From contig CBDBNM010000001.1 in NCBI GenBank assembly GCA_965207935.1, forward strand, positions 67,614 to 131,613: 64,000 nt of DNA. Direction: 5' to 3'. Of the stretch, positions 39,086-44,879 are shown in pieces. The notes under the pieces are model-generated. The model was not told where the DNA came from. It searched no databases and was given only the letters and a program-made list of their open reading frames with translations. This DNA comes from Dehalococcoidia bacterium. Lineage in GTDB: Bacteria; Chloroflexota; Dehalococcoidia; Lucifugimonadales; JAGWBF01. The position numbers and the translations under genes are program-made. Within the stretch, counting starts at the first letter, position 1; each line of letters starts with the position of its first letter.

Positions 39086-39757
39086 ATGAAGGGTGTGATT
39101 CCCTGGCAGGCCAGCAGCACATGGCCCCATGCGGTACGGGAGCTGGAGATCGACCTGGACAGGACGGGGCTGGTGATGGTGGATGTCCAGAACTACTCGG
39201 AGAAGAACGCCGCCATCGTGCCCCAGTGCGCGCGCCTGCGGGACTTCTTTCACCATAATGGGCTGGAAGTGATCTACCTGCGGGTGGGCTCCCTGCTGCC
39301 GGGAAGGAGGGATATGCACGCCAAGCGTGCCCTTTCCTGGATGAAGCCGCCGGGAGATGCGCCGGCGATGGTGGTGTACCCCGGCACCTGGAACCACGAT
39401 GTTGTGGATGACCTGGCCCCGGAGCCGGGGGAGCTGGTTATCGACAAGAACTCCTCGGGGGCTTTCAACTCGTCGGGCATCGACCGTTACCTCCAGGCGA
39501 TGGGCCTGCAGAACCTGGTGTTCTGCGGGGCTGCCACATCCCGCTGCGTGGACAACACCGCCAGGGGCGCCGCCGACCGGGGATATAACGTGATCCTGGT
39601 GGAGGACGCCTGCATCGACCCGGTGCAGCGCAACCACTGCACGACGGTGCGCACCTTTGGCGATGCCTTCGGCGCGGTCAAGACCACCGATGAGGTGCTG
39701 GCCGACCTGGGAGCGCTGGCTTCGAGCGCACCTGTCCCTACTCCGGCTGGAGACTAG
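39086..39757 (+). CDS. isochorismatase-family cysteine hydrolase
   Basis: D-K-C triad context: LVMVDVQNY, IDKNSSGAF and GAATSRCVDNTA. ATG 39086 with a GGGAGG RBS. The track ORF start at 38543 is antisense to the neighbouring gene. Confidence 0.8.
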   Translation: MKGVIPWQASSTWPHAVRELEIDLDRTGLVMVDVQNYSEKNAAIVPQCARLRDFFHHNGLEVIYLRVGSLLPGRRDMHAKRALSWMKPPGDAPAMVVYPGTWNHDVVDDLAPEPGELVIDKNSSGAFNSSGIDRYLQAMGLQNLVFCGAATSRCVDNTARGAADRGYNVILVEDACIDPVQRNHCTTVRTFGDAFGAVKTTDEVLADLGALASSAPVPTPAGD

Positions 39758-39759
39758 GC

Positions 39760-40476
39760 TTGGCCCGCACTCGGATTACCTGGGAAGCGCCCCGCCCTGG
39801 CCGGTTCACTATAGATGAGTGGGAGATCGAACTTTCCAAGACCGCCTTGATGGTTGTGGACATGCAGCGGGGCTACACGGACCCCGAGATGGGGATCGGC
39901 CCCGGGCTGGAGCGGGACTTCCCAGACATACACCGCTACTACTACAGCGCCATCGGCGAGCGCGTTCTCCCTGGCATCAAGAGGCTGCTTGCCTTCGCCC
40001 GGTGCCGGGGGCTGGAGGCCATATACACCCGGATGGGGCAGCAGCTCCCGGAAGGCAGGGACGTGGCCCCCTGGAGCTGGCGAGCAGCCCAGGCCCGGTC
40101 AGGTGCAGGCAACCTCTTCCCCAAGGACAGCCAGGAATACGAGATCGTTCCCGATATCGCTCCCTTGCCCCATGAGCTTGTGCTGGACAAGAACACATCG
40201 AGCCCCTTTCCATCCACAGCCATTGACCAGCTCCTGCGCAACATGGGCGTGGAGAACCTGCTCATCGCCGGCCTCCTGACCAACGTGGCGGTGGAAAGCA
40301 CCGCCCGAAGCGCCGGGGACCGGGGGTACAACCCCATAGTCGTTTCCGACGCCTGCGCTGCCTACAGCCAAGCCGAGCATGATGACACCTTGGCGACAGC
40401 GTCCTGGTGGACCGCCAAGGATGTCGATGAGGTCATCGAGATATTCTCCATCCTGGAACCCCGCGACCAGCCTTAG
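39760..40476 (+). CDS. isochorismatase-family paralog lacking the nucleophilic Cys
   Basis: LMVVDMQRGY and LDKNTSSPF are conserved, but GLLTNVAVESTA replaces the TxxCVxxT motif (Cys to Ala by my alignment to 39086-39757). TTG start 2 nt after the upstream stop. Confidence 0.7.
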   Translation: MARTRITWEAPRPGRFTIDEWEIELSKTALMVVDMQRGYTDPEMGIGPGLERDFPDIHRYYYSAIGERVLPGIKRLLAFARCRGLEAIYTRMGQQLPEGRDVAPWSWRAAQARSGAGNLFPKDSQEYEIVPDIAPLPHELVLDKNTSSPFPSTAIDQLLRNMGVENLLIAGLLTNVAVESTARSAGDRGYNPIVVSDACAAYSQAEHDDTLATASWWTAKDVDEVIEIFSILEPRDQP

Positions 40477-40516
40477 GCCTGAGCGTGTCCTAGGAGATGA
40501 CCCTATGGGCCTTCCG

Positions 40517-41422
40517 TCAGAAGGCTGCGGCCTGCGTCGTCCTCGAGGGACTGAAACTGCTCTCCAGTATCCGTATGAACTCGCTGGTGGGTGGACTGAG
40601 CTCTTTGCCCCGCAGGGTAACCGCCCCTGCCTGCTCGACGGGGAAAAGGTGCATAAGGTCGATGGTTCCCAGGTGCTCCTCATCCTCGGATTCCATGGCC
40701 ATCTTGGGACCTACTGAGATGCCCAGTCCGGCTCCGACGTAGGCCTTGATCATGTCGATGCTGTCCAGCTCCACCACAACCTCAAACGGGAGCCCCTTAC
40801 GCCGGAATTCGGCCTCCAGGATGGAGCGGGTGGATGTGCCTTCACCCCGCAGGATCAGAGGCCAGCGGGCGATCTCATCAAGGGAGGTAACTGTTGACCC
40901 CAGTATGGGGTGCCCAAGGGGAGCTATGAGCACCCGCTCATAGGGGAACAGCGGGTGAAAGTCGAACTCCACCCCGTTGCCGGGGCCAGGCACCAAGCCA
41001 AGGTCTACCTCCTTGTCCACCAGCATATCCAAAACCTCTCTCCAACTTCCCGATTTCACCCTTAGCTGGCTGTGAGGATGTTGGGACAGGAATGAGTTCA
41101 CCGCTCTCAGCAGGACGTGGGAGACGATGTCGAAGGTGGAGCCTACCCGGATGGGGCGGTCCTGCTCGGTTACTGCCAGGGCGTCCTGCAGGTTGTCGAT
41201 TCCTTCCACCAGGGGCGCCGCCAGCTTGTAGAGGCTGTCCCCTGCCTGGGTGAGGCGGATAGGCCTCCTGACCCGGTCGAACAGCTCCACCCCCATCTCT
41301 TCTTCCAGCTTCCTGATGTGCCCTGTGACTGCCGGCTGCCCCATGTTCAGGTGTTCTGATGCCTTGGTTATGCTCCTGAAGTGAGCGGCTGTGCAAAAGC
41401 TGCGAAGTTCCCGTAGCTCCAT
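40517..41422 (-). CDS. LysR-family transcriptional regulator
   Basis: N-terminal wHTH (MELRELRSFCTAAHFRSITKASEHLNMGQPAVTGHIRKLEEEMG) plus a substrate-binding domain. Confidence 0.9.
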   Translation of the reverse strand: MELRELRSFCTAAHFRSITKASEHLNMGQPAVTGHIRKLEEEMGVELFDRVRRPIRLTQAGDSLYKLAAPLVEGIDNLQDALAVTEQDRPIRVGSTFDIVSHVLLRAVNSFLSQHPHSQLRVKSGSWREVLDMLVDKEVDLGLVPGPGNGVEFDFHPLFPYERVLIAPLGHPILGSTVTSLDEIARWPLILRGEGTSTRSILEAEFRRKGLPFEVVVELDSIDMIKAYVGAGLGISVGPKMAMESEDEEHLGTIDLMHLFPVEQAGAVTLRGKELSPPTSEFIRILESSFSPSRTTQAAAF

Positions 41423-41470
41423 ATCTGTCTCCTTAGACCATTATATCGCGAACAATGATGTATTATATCA

Positions 41471-41497
41471 CATAGCATTGCTAGACATGATGCTATG
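41471..41497. promoter_or_regulatory. inverted repeat CATAGCA-N13-TGCTATG, candidate LysR-type operator
   Basis: Lies in the AT-rich 147-bp divergent region between the LysR gene (start 41422) and the small ORF (41570). Confidence 0.3.
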
Positions 41498-41569
41498 TTC
41501 TGTTTACACTATGTATGTAGCAAGAAGAAGAAAGCTCCGGTGAAGGAACACCGGGAAAGAGAGGATAGG

Positions 41570-41734
41570 ATGAACATCCGCAAGTTCGTAAGAATGCTCC
41601 AGTCGGTAGGGAACGGTGACGACTTCGACACCTACTTCGTGAACCTCCAGGACAAGAAGAGCTGCTGCGGTCCTACCAAGGAGGAAGCTCGCAGGGACTA
41701 CACCGCGATGATCGACCTCCGGCAGGTCCGGTAA
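41570..41734 (+). CDS. small hypothetical protein (54 aa, SCCGP motif)
   Basis: ATG with a GAGAGG RBS and coding-like GC3. Divergent from the LysR gene and followed by a strong terminator. No family recognised. Confidence 0.4.
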   Translation: MNIRKFVRMLQSVGNGDDFDTYFVNLQDKKSCCGPTKEEARRDYTAMIDLRQVR

Positions 41735-41766
41735 AAGCGACTCTTCCCAACCTGCCTAGAGCAGCA

Positions 41767-41806
41767 AGAGGGCCGGAGCTTCTAGAAGCTCCGGCCCTCT
41801 ACTTTT
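41767..41806 (+). terminator. intrinsic terminator after the small ORF
   Basis: Perfect palindrome AGAGGGCCGGAGCTTCTAGAAGCTCCGGCCCTCT followed by ACTTTTT. Confidence 0.8.
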
Positions 41807-41842
41807 TCTCGATATGCATTCCCCGTCGTCGGGACCCAGCAA

Positions 41843-42331
41843 TCATCCCGCTTCTTTGATGCAGTTCTCCAGCAGCGTCAGGGCGGCGGCAGCGAAGACC
41901 CACATGTTCGCTTCCCGGTCGGTGCTGCCCGTCTCTACGGTGATCGCCTTCTCCACAGGTCCCACCACAGCAATGCAGGCGTGACCCGATGCGTCCCCGT
42001 AACGGTTGCCAGTAGGTCCGCTGGCCCCGGTCTCTCCCACAGCCCACGTTGCGCCGAGCATCTGCTGAACAGCCCTGGCATTGAGAAAGGCATACTCCTC
42101 GGTGCTGGGCCGGAGGCCGGTCATCTGGCTCTCATCAATTCTCATAAGGCCTTCACGGGACGACTGGGTGTAGCTGACCACTGAGCCCAGGTAGAAGGCC
42201 GACGCGCCGGGGACCGCCACCAGGGCGGCCGAGATCAGCCCGCCGCAGGACGATTCGGCGATCCCGATGTTTTCCTGCCTCTCCTTCAGCATCGCCCCCA
42301 CCGCTGCGCCCATCTCACTCACTCCAGGCAT
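41843..42331 (-). CDS. CinA C-terminal domain protein (PncC-type NMN amidohydrolase)
   Basis: IGIAESSCGGLISAAL motif; 162 aa. Confidence 0.8.
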   Translation of the reverse strand: MPGVSEMGAAVGAMLKERQENIGIAESSCGGLISAALVAVPGASAFYLGSVVSYTQSSREGLMRIDESQMTGLRPSTEEYAFLNARAVQQMLGATWAVGETGASGPTGNRYGDASGHACIAVVGPVEKAITVETGSTDREANMWVFAAAALTLLENCIKEAG

Positions 42332-42401
42332 AGCGCCCTCCTCTCAGTTTGAGGTAACGGATGATCAAGGTGACCCTTTGCTCGCCCCGGAGCACCCACC
42401 C

Positions 42402-43115
42402 CTACGGTTTCGTAGCGGTGACGGAGGCGCTGAACCAGAAGCGGGAGCCGTCAGTGGGAGGGTCGCCTGCCCACTGGGCGTCCACGAACCCGGCGCTCGC
42501 CACCTTGCCCACGTACTCCTCGGCGGGCAGGGAGCCGGAGATGCATCCCGTCATCAAAGCCATGTCCTTCATCTCTTCGTCAGTGGCAGGGCGGGTCAGC
42601 ACGATGTCCGACACCATGAGGCGGCCGCCACTGCGGAGCACCCGGTAGGCCTCGCGAAAGACCGCATCCTTGTCGGGCGCCAGGTTGATGACGCAGTTGG
42701 AGATGATCACGTCGATGCTGTCATCCTCCACGGGCAGGGACTCGATGTCCCCCATACGAAACTCCACGTTGTCCAGTCCCAGCTTCTCCCGGTTCTCGTT
42801 GGCCCGCTCCAACATGGCAGAGGTGAAATCCACGCCAATGACCTTGCCCTGAGGTCCCACTTCCCGCGCTGCCAGGAAGCAGTCCAGCCCAGCGCCGCTG
42901 CCCAAATCCAGCACCCACTGGCCGGGCTTCAGGGCGTCGATGGTGGTTGGGGTGCCGCAGCCGAAGCTGACCACACCCTCGGGCATGGAGTCCAGCATCT
43001 CCAAGGGGTAGCTGGCGTCGCAGGAGGTATCGGTGTCGCAGCATTCGAAAGCGCCGCTTATCCTTCGGGCGTACTCCTCGGATATGACGTTTTTCAGGTC
43101 GTTGGATGCTGCCAT
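42402..43115 (-). CDS. arsM: ArsM-like SAM-dependent metalloid methyltransferase
   Basis: SAM motif VLDLGSGAGLD. ArsM-type cysteines (FECCDTDTSCD, FGCGTP, TGCISG). DSIDVIISNCVINL pattern. Confidence 0.75.
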   Translation of the reverse strand: MAASNDLKNVISEEYARRISGAFECCDTDTSCDASYPLEMLDSMPEGVVSFGCGTPTTIDALKPGQWVLDLGSGAGLDCFLAAREVGPQGKVIGVDFTSAMLERANENREKLGLDNVEFRMGDIESLPVEDDSIDVIISNCVINLAPDKDAVFREAYRVLRSGGRLMVSDIVLTRPATDEEMKDMALMTGCISGSLPAEEYVGKVASAGFVDAQWAGDPPTDGSRFWFSASVTATKP

Positions 43116-43121
43116 AGCCCT

Positions 43122-43601
43122 CTACTTCACCTCAACTGTCAGCCAATTCTCGAAGCACACCCCGCTGGCCAGGCTGGTAACGCCGATGGTTGCTCTCCCG
43201 CCCAAGCCCTTCTCCTCGCCGAACACCTCGAGGAAGAGGTCCGTTGCCCCGCTGCCTACCTTATTCACCTCCAGGAACTCGGGGGTGGACACCACGAAGT
43301 TCAGGGAGCGGATGATGGAGACGACATCGTCCAGGTCGCCGATGGCGTACTTGATGCCCGCCAGGCAGTTGATGGCCGTTATCCGGGCGGCTTGGTACCC
43401 CTGCTCCACGGTCAGGTCTTTGCCCAGGATGCCGGTGACGAAGGGTTTGCCATCGACTATGGGGACGTGGCCGCCAAGAAAGAGGATGTTCCCAGTACGG
43501 TGGTGGGCCTTCATGCTTCCGAAGGAGTGGCCGTAGAAGCCGTCCCGGGCGAAATCGGGAAGAACGATCCCCATGGATTCCAGCTTTTGCTCGATGATCA
43601 T
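43122..43601 (-). CDS. RidA/YjgF-superfamily protein (longer, Rid-like subfamily)
   Basis: 159 aa from ATG 43601 (MIIEQKLESMGIVLP...). C-terminal GRATIGV...E pattern of the YjgF fold. Confidence 0.7.
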   Translation of the reverse strand: MIIEQKLESMGIVLPDFARDGFYGHSFGSMKAHHRTGNILFLGGHVPIVDGKPFVTGILGKDLTVEQGYQAARITAINCLAGIKYAIGDLDDVVSIIRSLNFVVSTPEFLEVNKVGSGATDLFLEVFGEEKGLGGRATIGVTSLASGVCFENWLTVEVK

Positions 43602-43689
43602 GGTTGCACCTTTCCGTGGATTGCCAAGGACCGGGCCTGTGACGGAGCGCGGACCGCCAGCCCGGCGAGGATGAAGCGGGGGGAAGAGT

Positions 43690-43786
43690 TGGCGGGAGTG
43701 GGAGGGAGTCGAACCCACCTACCCCGTGATTAGCGAGGCACAACGGATTTGAAGTCCGCAAGAGCCACCGGGCCCCATCCACTCCC
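43690..43786 (-). tRNA. selC: tRNA-Sec (anticodon UCA), CCA encoded
   Basis: Hand-folded. 8-bp acceptor stem GGGAGTGG/CCACTCCC. G73 discriminator plus encoded CCA. 6-bp D stem (GGGGCC/GGCTCT with 2 G-U pairs) and a 4-nt D loop. Anticodon loop CTTCAAA. Long variable arm (about 7-bp stem). 5-bp T stem (one U-U mismatch) with loop TTCGACT. 97 nt in total. Confidence 0.85.
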
Positions 43787-43809
43787 GTACTTCAGGGCAG
43801 ACGCTTGCC

Positions 43810-44136
43810 CTAGCCCAGCGCGGAGTCGATCTTCTTCTTTAGGGCGCCCTTGGGCACCGCGCCGACCACCTGGTCGATGGGCTGGCCCCCCTTGAACAGC
43901 AGAAGGGTGGGTATGCTGCGGACGCCGTAGGCCATGGCTGTGCTGGGGTTGGCGTCCACATCCACCTTGGCGAACTGCATGACGCCGTCATACTCCTCGG
44001 AGAGCTCATCGACGATGGGGGCGATCATCTTGCAGGGACCGCACCAGTCAGCCCAGAAGTCCACCAGAACGGGCAGGTCGGACTGCAGGACAGTCTCGTC
44101 GAAATCGGCATCGGTCGCGGGGAAGGGATGGGCCAT
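43810..44136 (-). CDS. trxA: thioredoxin
   Basis: WCGPC active site (FWADWCGPCK); 108 aa. Confidence 0.9.
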   Translation of the reverse strand: MAHPFPATDADFDETVLQSDLPVLVDFWADWCGPCKMIAPIVDELSEEYDGVMQFAKVDVDANPSTAMAYGVRSIPTLLLFKGGQPIDQVVGAVPKGALKKKIDSALG

Positions 44137-44264
44137 GTTTCTCCTTTCGGGACTAAGAAATGCAAGAATAGTGCCTGGGCAGGCAGTCTAGCTTTAGTAC
44201 TCGTATGGAATCCAGTTTATCTTTGGTCCGCTTGTTGGTCAACCGGAGGCCGACGGCGCGCCAC

Positions 44265-44361
44265 TATCCCCCTCCCTTGATGGGAGGGGACTATGGGGAG
44301 GGTGAAGCGCCCGCCAGGGACAGGCCGTCCGTTCCCCTTCGATTTCCCTCAGGGCGAACGG
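44265..44361. repeat. intergenic repeat family 1, copy 1 (about 97 nt, contains hairpin CCCCTCCC-TTGA-TGGGAGGGG)
   Basis: Near-identical to 44432-44529. Shared core GGGGAGGGTGAA...AGGGACAGGCCGTCCGTTCCCCTTCGATTTCCCTCAG(G/A)GCGAACGG. Confidence 0.8.
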
Positions 44362-44368
44362 ATCCTTT

Positions 44369-44407
44369 CCCCCTCACCCCAACCCTCTCCCACCAGGGGA
44401 GAGGGGG
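44369..44407. repeat. solo copy of palindromic element CCCTCTCCC-ACCA-GGGGAGAGGG with CCCTCACCCCAA leader
   Basis: The same module recurs at 44691-44729 and 44803-44843. Confidence 0.7.
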
Positions 44408-44431
44408 AAAGCTTTCCCCTCCGGGGTACAT

Positions 44432-44529
44432 TATCCCCCCTCCCTTGACGGGAGGGGGTTAAGGGGAGGGTGAAACTCCTGCTAGGGACAGGCCGTCCGT
44501 TCCCCTTCGATTTCCCTCAGAGCGAACGG
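44432..44529. repeat. intergenic repeat family 1, copy 2
   Basis: Direct repeat of 44265-44361, 167 nt downstream. Confidence 0.8.
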
Positions 44530-44542
44530 TTAGACCCGCCTT

Positions 44543-44568
44543 TCGTCATTGCGGCGTAGGCCGCAATC
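44543..44568. repeat. inverted copy of palindrome ATTGCGGC(C/G)TA(C/G)GCCGCAAT with GACGA flank
   Basis: TCGTCATTGCGGCGTAGGCCGCAATC is the reverse complement of the element starting the two composite units at 44656 and 44770. Confidence 0.75.
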
Positions 44569-44655
44569 TAGGAAACTCAGGAATTGGACCAGGTCCCCGC
44601 TGCATTGCTCGCCGGACCTAAGTAGCCTGCCTGCAATTCGGCAGTGCTCCGTCCT

Positions 44656-44763
44656 GGATTGCGGCCTACGCCGCAATGACGGCTCAAAGTCCCCCTCATC
44701 CCAACCCTCTCCCGTGGTGGGAGAGGGGGCTTTGTTGCTCCCTGACCTGCATCAATCCCAAGG
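44656..44763. repeat. composite repeat unit, copy 1 (GGATTGCGGCCTACGCCGCAATGACGGCT + CCCTCTCCC/GGGAGAGGG hairpin + TTGTTG.TCCCTG.CCTGC tail)
   Basis: Aligns along its length with 44770-44870, with scattered substitutions and one 6-nt indel. Confidence 0.8.
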
Positions 44764-44769
44764 TCTCAT

Positions 44770-44870
44770 GGATTGCGGCCTACGCCGCAATGACGGCTTG
44801 AAGCCCCATTCATCCCAGCCCTCTCCCACCAGGGGACAGGGGGCATTGTTGTTCCCTGGCCTGCCCAAGG
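44770..44870. repeat. composite repeat unit, copy 2
   Basis: Tandem to copy 1, separated by 6 nt. Confidence 0.8.
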
Positions 44871-44879
44871 CCCGCCGGC

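Noticed and set aside
42402-43115. ArsM-like gene considered as part of an ars resistance operon
   Set aside because: There are no arsR, acr3/arsB or arsC genes in the window, so it is kept only as an ArsM-like methyltransferase call.
42267-43733. 488-aa plus-strand ORF spanning the ArsM-like and Rid-like genes
   Set aside because: It is antisense to two genes with clear family motifs. The translation is Gly/Ala/His/Pro/Arg-rich with no recognisable domain. Long stop-free antisense frames are expected at this GC content.
41843-44136. Search for a selenoprotein gene (in-frame TGA) next to selC, in the CinA-like, ArsM-like, Rid-like, small ORF and thioredoxin genes
   Set aside because: All five ORFs are uninterrupted and of family-typical length. 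Thioredoxin has a normal WCGPC site. The ArsM-like gene ends in TAG with no downstream in-frame extension of note.
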